Assembly (NCBI GenBank): GCA_022842645.1
Contig: JALHPE010000001.1
Location: forward strand, 199,711 to 263,710
DNA length: 64,000 bases
From: Minisyncoccota bacterium
Lineage (GTDB): Bacteria > Patescibacteriota > Minisyncoccia > Phycocordibacterales > UBA2100
Direction: 5' to 3'
A program made the position numbers and the translations under genes. Under the pieces are notes generated by a model, which was not told where the DNA came from, searched no databases, and saw nothing but the letters and a program-made list of their open reading frames with translations. This document shows positions 48,285-58,183 of this stretch, piece after piece; within the stretch, counting starts at the first letter, position 1, and each line of letters starts with the position of its first letter.

Positions 48285-49460
48285 TTAAGGGCAACTCCCC
48301 ACTGCGCTGACATCGCAACGATTCGTAAAATCTCGAACCACTCCATCATACCCTCCGCAAATGAGCACTCTGCCATCACTGAGCGTTGATTGTTTGTGGG
48401 CACCCTTGATTTGCGGTAGTTGAGGAGAGCTCGTCCATGTGTTCGTTGCAGGATTATACGTATCACAACGATTCGTGTCTGAACTTCCACTATTCCCCCC
48501 GCATGCGATTACTCGCCCGCCCTGGAGAGTACTCATGGAAAAATGGTAACGACCCTGTGGCATGTCAGCAACCCGAGTCCATGTGTTAGTAGAAGAATTA
48601 TACACATCACATCGTGCTGATAGTGCGCCGGTATAGCCTCCACACACGAGTACGCGACCGTCAATAAGTGTTGCCGAAGCAAGGCCATGTTTCGCTTCTG
48701 GCAAATTAGCGGCTTGAGTCCACGTTCCCGTTTGTGAACTATACACATCACATCTATTTAGGTAGGTGCTTACATATCCTCCACACGCAATCATGTTTCC
48801 GTTACCGAGGAGCGCAGCTGTATGGCCAGACTTTACGGTAGGCATGGCAGCAAAAACTCCCCATGTGTTTGCTACAGGATCGTATGCTCGACAAACATTC
48901 GTATGATTTGAATTCATTGCTAAGGAACCACCACAAAGGACTACTCTGCCATCATTCATCGTCACCGAACTTTGAAGATAGAGAATTGAGCTCAAACTTG
49001 CGACTTGTGACCATGTACCGAGGGACACGTTAAACACATCGCATCGATTGGTCATAGCAAAAGAAGGACCGGTATCGGCCAAACCTCCGCACGCAAGCAC
49101 ATTTCCATTTAGCATAGTGGACTGACTAAAAAAATATTTTGCCTGCGGCAGATTTGCAGTTTGCGTCCACGAAGCAACGCATGTCTCACAGGTTCCAACA
49201 CCCACCCCGCCCGGCGGATTGGTATAAAAAGAAGTCCACTCAGCAGATGAGACTGTGGGAACGTACACACTGAGCCCCGTCGCACTGTTGTTCGTCACGT
49301 TCCTACAGGTACTGTGCGCCGTGATGCTTTGCGATCCACCGTGATTCACGGTGGAGCTGTCGGAAGCTTCGATTATAACTGCAACACTAAGGACCACCAT
49401 CGTACTCAGAAAAGCACCCACTATCCCTTTTCTCGTCATGTATTTGCTGAGTGTATCCAA
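48285..49460 (-). CDS. Secreted Kelch-like beta-propeller protein with conserved N-terminal SDSSTV module
   Basis: Repeated RCDV(Y/F)N..TNTWT...P....H units (6 blades). N-terminal 60 aa of the mature protein near-identical to 46453..47784 and 52461..53624. Confidence 0.6.
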   Translation of the reverse strand: MDTLSKYMTRKGIVGAFLSTMVVLSVAVIIEASDSSTVNHGGSQSITAHSTCRNVTNNSATGLSVYVPTVSSAEWTSFYTNPPGGVGVGTCETCVASWTQTANLPQAKYFFSQSTMLNGNVLACGGLADTGPSFAMTNRCDVFNVSLGTWSQVASLSSILYLQSSVTMNDGRVVLCGGSLAMNSNHTNVCRAYDPVANTWGVFAAMPTVKSGHTAALLGNGNMIACGGYVSTYLNRCDVYSSQTGTWTQAANLPEAKHGLASATLIDGRVLVCGGYTGALSARCDVYNSSTNTWTRVADMPQGRYHFSMSTLQGGRVIACGGNSGSSDTNRCDTYNPATNTWTSSPQLPQIKGAHKQSTLSDGRVLICGGYDGVVRDFTNRCDVSAVGSCP

Positions 49461-49466
49461 AACCGC

Positions 49467-50954
49467 CTAGCGCTCCTTCCAGACAGGAAGTGCATTTACG
49501 ACCGCAGTCTTCGTGAGGACTCCTTGATTTGATTGACAGGTAAGCGTGTATCGTACTTGCCGAGAAATTGGACTCGACAACTCGCCGCCGATCGGAGATT
49601 CAACACCAGTCCATGCATCGCCATTCGCTCCTTGTACTGTGCACGATTGCACATTTGTTGCCGACCAGTTCACACGAACCGTCTCACCTTGACGCACGAG
49701 GGACGGTACGACACGTATCGTTAGATTCGGCTCTAAAGAACCGCTGCCACCCCATACCACACCCCCGCCATTCCCTGTTATACCCCCATCGAAACCAACT
49801 ATGGCATCACCCGGAAGATTCGCATTGTTCGCACAATTAAAAGTCAAATTTGCCCACGATGAATTCCTACCTCCTTGATCTTGCGCAACGATCCCTATCG
49901 TCTTGGATCCAGAAGAGGAGAACGTTCGAGACGCCGATTGCTGGACACCTGAAGAAACATACCCCGAAGCAGGCGCCCACTCATCGATTGCGCTATCGTT
50001 ATTCCAATCGATACCGTACCTCAGAGGGTCATTATCCGCATCGGTTGCGGTGAAATTAATGGTGTGTGGAATTCCTACGACACAGGCTCCTCCAGCAGCC
50101 GAAACTGTTGGCGTGGTGGGAGCACTGCCAACGGGCTGACCGACGGTAATCTCGCAGGAACGTGTAAGGGTGGGTATGTTGATCATGAAGGGAGCGTCAT
50201 TCGCACCCCTCCCCAAAGAACTCGGATACACACTTTCCGGCGTGCATCCCGGCCCACTGGTGCGAGTGTGGCAGTATTGCGCGGTGTGATCCATCCAATA
50301 GGTGGCATTCGTCGCACCGAACATGAACGTGGGAGTGAATGTGCCTACATTCGGCGTGGTACACAGATACTCCCCATTTCCCACGCTCGTGCATCCGAGG
50401 TTTTCTGCTCCGGTCAAAGTCTTTGGCGGCGGATTCACTGAGAGCTCAGCGTACAAGTTGCCCCAGATCTTTTTTGCACGAGCGATATAGTTTTCTGGTT
50501 CGCAGATATTCACACCCGGCTCCGCGGCATTCGGCACCCACACGCCATACGGAGAATCCAGGAAGGCGCCGGTGATGAACCACGAGATATCCTGCGGCAC
50601 ATGTGGGACGAACGTGTATTTCACTTTCGTACCTGCCGGGACGGATGCGCCGCATGCAATAACCGCGCCCGTATCGGCATCAGTCACTTTCGTATGATAT
50701 TTGATAGTCACGTTCGAGCCCGAGAATCGCGGCTGCCCAGAATCGCCACTACAAGTGAGTCCCCAGACTGTCCCCCCTTCGGTCCTGTTCCATAGAATAT
50801 CGTCGCCGGTAACTGAAGAAGTCTCAGATGTCGCTATTCCTGCACCAACTCCACGCGTACCTCGCGCCTCAGTAAAAAATACGAGTACCGATAGCATGAT
50901 CAACGAGAGCCCGATGAGTCCCACAACATATCTGCCTAAAAAGAATGTACGCAT
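49467..50954 (-). CDS. Secreted hypothetical protein (possible PKD/Ig-like region)
   Basis: 495 aa with signal peptide. ...FTATDADNDPLRYGIDWNNDS resembles PKD/cadherin-like beta-sandwich motifs. Confidence 0.4.
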   Translation of the reverse strand: MRTFFLGRYVVGLIGLSLIMLSVLVFFTEARGTRGVGAGIATSETSSVTGDDILWNRTEGGTVWGLTCSGDSGQPRFSGSNVTIKYHTKVTDADTGAVIACGASVPAGTKVKYTFVPHVPQDISWFITGAFLDSPYGVWVPNAAEPGVNICEPENYIARAKKIWGNLYAELSVNPPPKTLTGAENLGCTSVGNGEYLCTTPNVGTFTPTFMFGATNATYWMDHTAQYCHTRTSGPGCTPESVYPSSLGRGANDAPFMINIPTLTRSCEITVGQPVGSAPTTPTVSAAGGACVVGIPHTINFTATDADNDPLRYGIDWNNDSAIDEWAPASGYVSSGVQQSASRTFSSSGSKTIGIVAQDQGGRNSSWANLTFNCANNANLPGDAIVGFDGGITGNGGGVVWGGSGSLEPNLTIRVVPSLVRQGETVRVNWSATNVQSCTVQGANGDAWTGVESPIGGELSSPISRQVRYTLTCQSNQGVLTKTAVVNALPVWKER

Positions 50955-50963
50955 ACGTATGTG

Positions 50964-52403
50964 TTATTGCTGCGGTGGTAGTTGATGAGATTCTGTTCGA
51001 GTAATTTTGCGAAACACCACTAACAGAAGGATGATGAGAAGAAAACTAAAAATCAACATACCGATACCATAGATCGAATCCTTTATAGAAGATAGTGGCG
51101 AGACTTTCTTGGTAGAAGCACAGAGCGTGGGGTCAATATCTGCGCAGTCATACGTGAGCAGTGCCTCATCGACGAACTCCCCTTCCTGATACAATCGCGC
51201 CGAGAGCGTCACGTAGTCATACGTCTCTCCTGGAGTGAAGAGACTTTCAACCCCCATCATCGCGCCAGATACTTCACCATCATAACGATATTCATGTATG
51301 ACCTTGCCGTCGCGATCAGTAAGGCTCAGATCGAAGCTGACATTTTCCACACTCGGTGCGCTACCGGAATTATGAAGGCACGCAAATAGTACATTCTCTT
51401 GTCCGGCTGTTATTGGAAACGTGGTGATGCCGGGAAAATTAATACGCGGAATATCTATCCCTTCACGCACGAATCGTACGCCAATGATTGATTTTGCTCC
51501 ATTCCACGAAAGCGTGCCAACAACATAGTACACAGGGTAGTTGCTATTGCTCACGACAATCTCAACATCTGTCCCCCCCTCGGGAACGATGATATCGCGG
51601 AACTCCTCATCGATTACATTCTCTCTCAGCTGCGCATCCCATCGATACACGCTCCACGAAAGCGATGCGCGCTGTGATTTGCCGAGCGTGTTGTCGATAC
51701 GAGCGCGTACAGTAACTGGCGATACCGCGTCTTTTCTTGGTGGAAATGCCGCAAAGAAATACGGCTCATTATCGATAGTTACTTTCGCCTTGTCGAATCC
51801 GAAAGTCCCGACATGTTCGCTACTGACAGTGAACGGTACGGTATTCCCCACCACATCATCAGTGAATGAAAGACCGAGAAGATTAAATTTACGGGAGGTT
51901 GTGAAGAACGTCGCAAGCTGGTACTCCCCACTGAGCGCAAATGCGGGCACCTGCCATTTAAATGACACCGGGACTGAGCCTCCCGCAGGGATGGTGATAT
52001 CGCCCTCGACCAGGAATTGATCGACGACGTCCGGTCCGAGACCGTCATTTGCTCCGCCACGCGATTTGAAAATCTTCACGTATAAGGCGCCATCGACGAT
52101 TGGATACGGATTGCTGTTGACGAGATTGCCGCTGAAAGTAATCGGTGCGCCCGAAACCGTGCCAGAGACCTCTGCGCGGATGCGTGCCTGCACGGAACCG
52201 AATGTGTAGTAGTCGAAGCACGAAACAGTGCCCGGCGGGACGACGACATCTGCGAATCCTTCATCTTCATTCGAGGCTTCGATCACGCCATTTTCAATGA
52301 ACGCAGGTGCCTGAGCGTATGCAGAAAGAGGCAACGTTATAAGACCGATCAAGAAAATTGCGGCCGTCTTCACTCCTCCCTGAGAGCGATTGAGTACGAA
52401 CAT
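50964..52403 (-). CDS. Secreted hypothetical protein with C-terminal TM anchor
   Basis: 479 aa. N-terminal signal peptide. C-terminal IGMLIFSFLLIILLLVVFRKITR anchor. Confidence 0.4.
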   Translation of the reverse strand: MFVLNRSQGGVKTAAIFLIGLITLPLSAYAQAPAFIENGVIEASNEDEGFADVVVPPGTVSCFDYYTFGSVQARIRAEVSGTVSGAPITFSGNLVNSNPYPIVDGALYVKIFKSRGGANDGLGPDVVDQFLVEGDITIPAGGSVPVSFKWQVPAFALSGEYQLATFFTTSRKFNLLGLSFTDDVVGNTVPFTVSSEHVGTFGFDKAKVTIDNEPYFFAAFPPRKDAVSPVTVRARIDNTLGKSQRASLSWSVYRWDAQLRENVIDEEFRDIIVPEGGTDVEIVVSNSNYPVYYVVGTLSWNGAKSIIGVRFVREGIDIPRINFPGITTFPITAGQENVLFACLHNSGSAPSVENVSFDLSLTDRDGKVIHEYRYDGEVSGAMMGVESLFTPGETYDYVTLSARLYQEGEFVDEALLTYDCADIDPTLCASTKKVSPLSSIKDSIYGIGMLIFSFLLIILLLVVFRKITRTESHQLPPQQ

Positions 52404-52460
52404 GATTCTATTGTATATAAAATTTACCTACCAAAACGACATATCCCCAGCGATTCTTCG

Positions 52461-53624
52461 CTACTGGTAGATGTCGCAGCGCCCGTGGATCGACATACCG
52501 CCCGAGTATCCGCCGCAGACGAGTACCGCTCCACTCGATAATGCTGCTGCTGAATACATACTCCTCGTCAGCGGATCGTTCGCCGCTTGCGTCCAGGTAT
52601 TAGTCGCAACGTTATACAGATCGCATCGATTCGTATAACTACCTGTCGTGCCTCCGCACATGAGAACCCTCCCGTCGCTGATGCGCGCTGCAGCTATACT
52701 GCCTTTCACCTGCGGGAGATTGGCTACCTGAGTCCACATATTTGTAGTTGGATTGTAGATATCGCACCGATTCGTATAGGTCGCGCTGCGACCTGGCTTC
52801 ACCGTCATACCGCCACACAAGAGCACTCGCCCATCGGTCAACGTTGCTGCACCCGGATGCGATTTTGCTTGAGGAACACCAGCCACCTGCGTCCAGGTAT
52901 TCGTTGAATAATTATAGATATCGCAACGATTCGTGAGAACGCCGGTATCGCCGGCACAATAGAGGGCTCGACCATCTAAGAGAGCGACACCTACGACACC
53001 AGCCCTCCCACCTGCAGGCACGCTGGCAACTTGCGTCCACGCGTTCGTCGGAACATCATATGTGTAGCAACTGCCGTTCGGCGATACCGCTGCCCCGCCA
53101 CAGATCAATACGCGATTGTTCCCGAGCAGTACGGCTGTCGAATATCCGAGTGGCGCCGGCATGCTCGCGACTGCAGTCCACGTGTTGCTCGTGGGATTAT
53201 ATATTTCGCAGTTGGCAATGACGCCAGAGTAGGATTGGTTCATGCCGCCGCATACAAGCGCACGCCCATCAGCAAGACCGACCAACATATGAGAAAAACG
53301 CCCCTGTACCATGTTCGCGCGCTGCGTAAACGTATTCAACCAACAGCTCCCTGCCGTCACCCCACTCGGTGGATTTGTATAAAACGACGCCCACTCGGCT
53401 GCGGTGACAGTCGGAACGTAGAGGCTTGCGCCAGTTGTGCTGTTGTTTGTCACATTGCGGCATGTCGAGTGCGCAGTGATCGCAAGGCTTCCGCCATGAT
53501 TCACGGTGGAACTGTCGGAGGCTTCGAGTACGATCGCAGAAAATGCGAGAGCAGCGAGCGTCAGTACAAGAAAGGCGAGCATCGGCCCCAGAAAGGTCCG
53601 AAGCCGTGATGCACCTAGAACCAT
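52461..53624 (-). CDS. Secreted Kelch-like beta-propeller protein with conserved N-terminal SDSSTV module
   Basis: RCDIYN.TTNMWTQVA-type blades. N-terminal module shared with the two proteins above. Confidence 0.6.
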   Translation of the reverse strand: MVLGASRLRTFLGPMLAFLVLTLAALAFSAIVLEASDSSTVNHGGSLAITAHSTCRNVTNNSTTGASLYVPTVTAAEWASFYTNPPSGVTAGSCWLNTFTQRANMVQGRFSHMLVGLADGRALVCGGMNQSYSGVIANCEIYNPTSNTWTAVASMPAPLGYSTAVLLGNNRVLICGGAAVSPNGSCYTYDVPTNAWTQVASVPAGGRAGVVGVALLDGRALYCAGDTGVLTNRCDIYNYSTNTWTQVAGVPQAKSHPGAATLTDGRVLLCGGMTVKPGRSATYTNRCDIYNPTTNMWTQVANLPQVKGSIAAARISDGRVLMCGGTTGSYTNRCDLYNVATNTWTQAANDPLTRSMYSAAALSSGAVLVCGGYSGGMSIHGRCDIYQ

Positions 53625-53626
53625 AA

Positions 53627-54175
53627 TTACATCTGAGATTTGAGGGTCTCGATGTCCGCCTTGAGCACATCTATTTCACGCTGCTGCTCTTTTACCGCCT
53701 CAATAAGAACGCCGATGAGCTGATCGTATTCGACCGACTTAAAACCATCTGCACTGGTGTGTACCGCACTGGGAAGCACGGCTTCTACCTCCTGCGCGAT
53801 GATGCCAGCGCCTTGGGTGCCGTCTTTTTTCCAATTAAATGAAACGCCACGGATTTTTTCAAGAATGGAAAGTCCCTGGAGAGGCGCAATATTCTCTTTT
53901 AAACGCGCGTCAGACGAATGAAAATATCCGAGTGCCGTTACATTATTCCCTACAGTCAATGTGCCAGTGAGCGAACTATTACCAAAAACGGCGAGCGCAT
54001 TGACTGAAAGTCCCGCATTTTTAACCTGATCTGTGGTTCCCACATTCACCGGAGGAGAGACATTACCGTTTGGCGGAGATTGTGAGGGACCCGTCCACGC
54101 CGTCACGGAAAAACCAATGGAAACGAGAGTGATGACAAGCGAGAGCACTATGCCTCGAAGCGAAAACACATACAT
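53627..54175 (-). CDS. Small secreted protein consisting of a short fibre-like segment plus peptidase S74 (intramolecular chaperone auto-processing) domain
   Basis: ...GYFHSSDARLKENIAPLQGL...FNWKKDG...VEYDQLIGVLIEAVKEQQREIDVLKADIETLK matches the S|DxRxK autocleavage site and coiled-coil of tail-fibre/endosialidase C-terminal chaperone domains. Confidence 0.55.
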   Translation of the reverse strand: MYVFSLRGIVLSLVITLVSIGFSVTAWTGPSQSPPNGNVSPPVNVGTTDQVKNAGLSVNALAVFGNSSLTGTLTVGNNVTALGYFHSSDARLKENIAPLQGLSILEKIRGVSFNWKKDGTQGAGIIAQEVEAVLPSAVHTSADGFKSVEYDQLIGVLIEAVKEQQREIDVLKADIETLKSQM

Positions 54176-54271
54176 GAGAAAAGTATATGCTCCGGGAAAT
54201 GTATGGCGACTTCTTTTGAAAGAAATCTGGGGACAAGTCTTCGCGTTTAGTTTGATTTAAAAGTGCAAAAA

Positions 54272-56428
54272 CTAAATCTCCTTCCAATCCGGCCGTCGCG
54301 ATACCGTGGCGGTTTGCGTAAGATTCCCTCCAAGACCGGTGCAGAAAAGTGTGTAGGTGGTCATACGCGTGAGCGGAGATGATGTTTCGGAACCAGAAAG
54401 CATGCTCCATAAGTCGTCGATGTCCGGATTGTCTTCTGTCACGGTGCACGAGGTTGCGCTTTGCACATTCCAGGATACGGTGACGGTGTTGTTGTAGCCG
54501 ATGAAGGAAGGAGAGACACGAAGTTCGCCGCCCGAAGCAGTGAACGGGGCGGGGGGCAGGGTGCAGGTGCCTGCGGAGCAGATGAGGCCGGTGCTACAAG
54601 CTTCTATAGGAGCATTGGTGCATGCATTCTGTCGATGTGTGCTGTCGGTGCAGACGTAGGTGGAGGCGCATGCCGGAAGCCAGGTGGTTTGCACGGGGTT
54701 TGAGCCAGCGTTGAAACTGACCCATCCTACGTTTGTGTCTCCCCACGCATAGCCTGAGAGTGTGCTACTCGCGAGTGTCGGGCCGTAGGTGGGAGATGTA
54801 CCAGAGAGACTGATGAAGCCGTCCCAACCGCCGCTTTGTGGATCGTTTGCGGAGAGCACCTTCATCCAACCCCTGAGTGCAAGATCTTCCATGCGTGCAG
54901 TGCAGGTGCCCGAGGGACATCCAAGAAGATCATTTGCACTCGCACTCACCCAGCCGACATTTGCGCTCCATGCACAGCCCGAGAATGTGCCGTCGTTTGC
55001 GATTGCGACGCCGAAGTTGCTCGCGCCACAGGTGCCAGAGTTCTGGCAGCTGAAATCGATCCATCCGATGGTGTCGCTCCAGGCGTAGCCGGTCACAGGA
55101 GTGCCTCCTGATGCAACGGTACATTGAGGAAGTGCAATGATTGCACTATCTTCGTTGGAATATGGACTGTCGCCCACTGCATTAGTGGCAACGGCGCGGT
55201 AGTAGTAGGTGGTGTTGGGTGAGGCAGTGGTGTCGTCGAAGGTGTTTACGACGCCGACTGACGTGAGGAGTGTCGTGGGATTTGAGGATGTGCCACGGTA
55301 GATCTTGTAGCCAGTGATTGCGCTGCCGCCGTTGCTTGAAGGAGTGTTCCACGTGAGAGAGATGCTGTCCGCGTCTGCGGTGGCGTTGAGGGATTGGGGG
55401 GCGGTGGGGGCTACAGAAGTGACTGACGCATAGTAAATGACGTTAGTGCGATTGGCGCCCGTAAACATACCGCCAAATAAGTACGCAAAACTACCAATGA
55501 AAGAAAATTGAGAAGACGCTAATGCTCCCGGCAAGACAGCTCCTGTATCAGTCCATACGGTCGGACTCGATACGTGAGCCCGATAAATATTATTAGAATA
55601 TACGCTGCCACCAGAGATACCACCGAGAGCGTAGACGTAGTCACCGACTACCCCGACGGCATGATGTCCAAGCGCTTTCGGAAGCACGTTCGTTTCGCGG
55701 ATCCAGCTTGTCGGATTAGATAGTGGCGCGCGATAGATCTGGTTCGTATATGCACCGCCTGAGGTATCTCCTCCGAATAGGTACACATTGCTTCCTACTA
55801 TTGCCAATCGCGATCCGGAGAGATTATTTGGCAGAGTCGCGCCTGTATTTGTCCAACTCAGCGGATTCGTAAGCGGCGCTCGGTAAATTGCACTCGTACT
55901 GACCGAAGGCCCTGTCTGGCCTCCGAATAGGTACACGTAGTCCCCGATTACGGCGGCTTGTGAAGAACCTACCACGTTCGGCAGTGTACTTCCGGTATTT
56001 GTCCAAGTCGTGGGATTAGACACCGGCGCACGATATATGACGTTGGTATACTGCAATCCCGTATATCCGCCGAAAAGATACACGTAGTCCCCGATTACCA
56101 TGGCCTGCGATGAACCGAGATTACCTGGCAATGTCGCCCCTGTATTAGTCCAACTTAGCGGGTTGGCAACTGGCGCTCGATAAATGACGTTGGTATACGA
56201 TGGAGAACCTTGCCCACCAAATAGATATATGTAATCTCCTATGGTGACGAGCTGCGAACCTCGGAGAACGCCGGGTAGTGTCCCTGGCGCAACCGTCCAC
56301 CCACCCTCATTGAGAGTCTGTGAATCTACCTTTTGTGGCTCCGCAGAAAAAGAAACAATGAATGCAATGGAAGCAAGAAGCACCAAAAGCCCAGAAACAT
56401 GGTGCGCTCGAATACTCCGTTTATTCAT
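54272..56428 (-). CDS. Secreted Kelch-like beta-propeller protein with fibronectin type III domain
   Basis: Seven YRAP(L/V)(S/T)NP..WTNTG..LP repeats, then FN3-like ...ISLTWNTPSSNGGSAITGYKIYRG...YYYRAVATN. Confidence 0.6.
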   Translation of the reverse strand: MNKRSIRAHHVSGLLVLLASIAFIVSFSAEPQKVDSQTLNEGGWTVAPGTLPGVLRGSQLVTIGDYIYLFGGQGSPSYTNVIYRAPVANPLSWTNTGATLPGNLGSSQAMVIGDYVYLFGGYTGLQYTNVIYRAPVSNPTTWTNTGSTLPNVVGSSQAAVIGDYVYLFGGQTGPSVSTSAIYRAPLTNPLSWTNTGATLPNNLSGSRLAIVGSNVYLFGGDTSGGAYTNQIYRAPLSNPTSWIRETNVLPKALGHHAVGVVGDYVYALGGISGGSVYSNNIYRAHVSSPTVWTDTGAVLPGALASSQFSFIGSFAYLFGGMFTGANRTNVIYYASVTSVAPTAPQSLNATADADSISLTWNTPSSNGGSAITGYKIYRGTSSNPTTLLTSVGVVNTFDDTTASPNTTYYYRAVATNAVGDSPYSNEDSAIIALPQCTVASGGTPVTGYAWSDTIGWIDFSCQNSGTCGASNFGVAIANDGTFSGCAWSANVGWVSASANDLLGCPSGTCTARMEDLALRGWMKVLSANDPQSGGWDGFISLSGTSPTYGPTLASSTLSGYAWGDTNVGWVSFNAGSNPVQTTWLPACASTYVCTDSTHRQNACTNAPIEACSTGLICSAGTCTLPPAPFTASGGELRVSPSFIGYNNTVTVSWNVQSATSCTVTEDNPDIDDLWSMLSGSETSSPLTRMTTYTLFCTGLGGNLTQTATVSRRPDWKEI

Positions 56429-56432
56429 ATAT

Positions 56433-56699
56433 TCACTGCGTACTCAATGACTCAAGTATGCGCAGTTTTTCTTCCTCCGAAACGTCCGCGCCAGTGGATG
56501 ATGCGCTGAGGGTCGCAAGCACTTCGGCCTTCTGCTCAACAGAATACTCAGGATTAAATATTTCGTTCGCCTCGCGTGCGCGCTCGTCTTTCATTTCAGG
56601 CTGTGTAAGCGCGATCCCCAAGGCGAGGATACCGACTGCTGCGAAGAGGACCCCTATCGCAAGTACGCGCTTTGAATTTTTATCGATATCACCTCCCAT
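56433..56699 (-). CDS. Small membrane-anchored hypothetical protein
   Basis: 88 aa, one TM helix. Confidence 0.3.
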   Translation of the reverse strand: MGGDIDKNSKRVLAIGVLFAAVGILALGIALTQPEMKDERAREANEIFNPEYSVEQKAEVLATLSASSTGADVSEEEKLRILESLSTQ

Positions 56700-56792
56700 A
56701 CGACCATAATACCGCTTTCTTAAGAAAATAATTTGTATCCTGTGTATTACTTATAAAAATGCACATCCCTCGGCTGATATACTAGATTCGTC

Positions 56793-58130
56793 ATGCGCGA
56801 CTCACGTTCTTCATACTCTCTTGATACGCGAGGGCTTGGTTTCGCGTGTAAAGCACTTTTTGCAGTTGTGCTTGTGTTTGGAGCAGTACACTACGGCACA
56901 ACACGTGCATCTGAATATCTCATTCTTTCTACAATCGATACGGCGGCACAACCCGCTGCAATAACACCAGCAGTGCAAGAAACAGTTCACCCCATCTACG
57001 ACGCACTCACTGAGTATGAACGCACACTGTCCGCGCGCACAACGGGCGTTGCAGCGTTTGACACTCTCGTTCGTGCGCGGGCGCGTATGGTGGGTATACG
57101 AGATCAAACGATATTCCTCTTCGAAAATAGTGCTGTCGGTAAGGAAATACCCTTCACAGCTCATGGCACTATACCGACGGGCCTCGCCGTAGCACATGCC
57201 CTCTCGGGCACAGACGACATATTCCCCACAATCAGCTTCCCAGGATGTGTCATAAGCGGCCCACTCCCGAAAGACAACGACACTCTCTGTGTCACACTCA
57301 CCCCAGAAGACGCCGCTCATCTCGCCGAGTTTGTCGGAGCTGGAACGCCTATTTTTGTTACCGCATCAGAGCACAAAGCCGGAACTCCACCAGAACAACC
57401 ACTCCCGCGCATCTCAGCAAAAGCATTTATTGTGGCTGATCTTGGCACGGGTACTGTATATGCCGCAAAAGACGCTGAAACGGCACGCCCTATTGCATCC
57501 ATTTCAAAACTTTTTACGGCCCTTGTTGCCCGCGAAACCATTCGCGACGACAGGACGATGACCGTAACGCGTGACGATCAGTCGCAGACGGAAGGGGTGC
57601 CCGGCTCTATTCGCGCAGGAGAAAGTTTTACAGTCGACGAGCTGCTCTACCCCCTTCTTATGGAGAGTAATAATTCCTCTGCCTACACACTCGCTCGCTA
57701 TGAAGGTACCGAGCAATTTATCGAGCGCGTCAATCAGAAAATAGGGGTGCTTGGCATGACGGCAACGAGACTTGATGACCCTTCGGGGCTCTCCCCAAAC
57801 AATGTCTCAAGCCCGAAAGATCTTGTTACCCTTCTGCGCCACATTAGCGATTATCACTCGCTCCTTTTTGAAATAACCGGAGCGCGCACCAAGGCACTCC
57901 GCGCAGAAAACGGTAGAACCTACGGCTTTTCAAACTTCAACCATTTTGCAGGCGACGAGGGATTTGTCGGTGGAAAAACAGGATTTATTGCAGAAGCAGG
58001 TCAAACCTACGCAGGTGTCTTTGAAGTTCCTAGCACAAGCGGCACGAGCACAATTGCAATTGTGGTGCTTGGGTCGGAAGATCGTAAAAAAGACTCGGCC
58101 GCTCTCCTCTCCTGGTTCCGGGAACGATAA
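56793..58130 (+). CDS. Serine-type D-Ala-D-Ala carboxypeptidase (peptidase S11, PBP5/6-like) with about 200-aa N-terminal extension
   Basis: SxxK (SISK), SxN (SNN) and KTG (KTGF) motifs in correct order. Confidence 0.75.
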   Translation: MRDSRSSYSLDTRGLGFACKALFAVVLVFGAVHYGTTRASEYLILSTIDTAAQPAAITPAVQETVHPIYDALTEYERTLSARTTGVAAFDTLVRARARMVGIRDQTIFLFENSAVGKEIPFTAHGTIPTGLAVAHALSGTDDIFPTISFPGCVISGPLPKDNDTLCVTLTPEDAAHLAEFVGAGTPIFVTASEHKAGTPPEQPLPRISAKAFIVADLGTGTVYAAKDAETARPIASISKLFTALVARETIRDDRTMTVTRDDQSQTEGVPGSIRAGESFTVDELLYPLLMESNNSSAYTLARYEGTEQFIERVNQKIGVLGMTATRLDDPSGLSPNNVSSPKDLVTLLRHISDYHSLLFEITGARTKALRAENGRTYGFSNFNHFAGDEGFVGGKTGFIAEAGQTYAGVFEVPSTSGTSTIAIVVLGSEDRKKDSAALLSWFRER

Positions 58131-58183
58131 GCAGAACACCCCGTAACCGTGTACGGGGTATTCTTATAGCAAAGCCTCCGGTG

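Noticed and set aside
46453-56428. Diversity-generating retroelement (DGR) targeting the propeller/lectin-like surface proteins
   Set aside because: There is no reverse-transcriptase ORF in the window. The repeated DNA between paralogs differs at all four bases rather than showing adenine-specific template/variable repeat mismatches.
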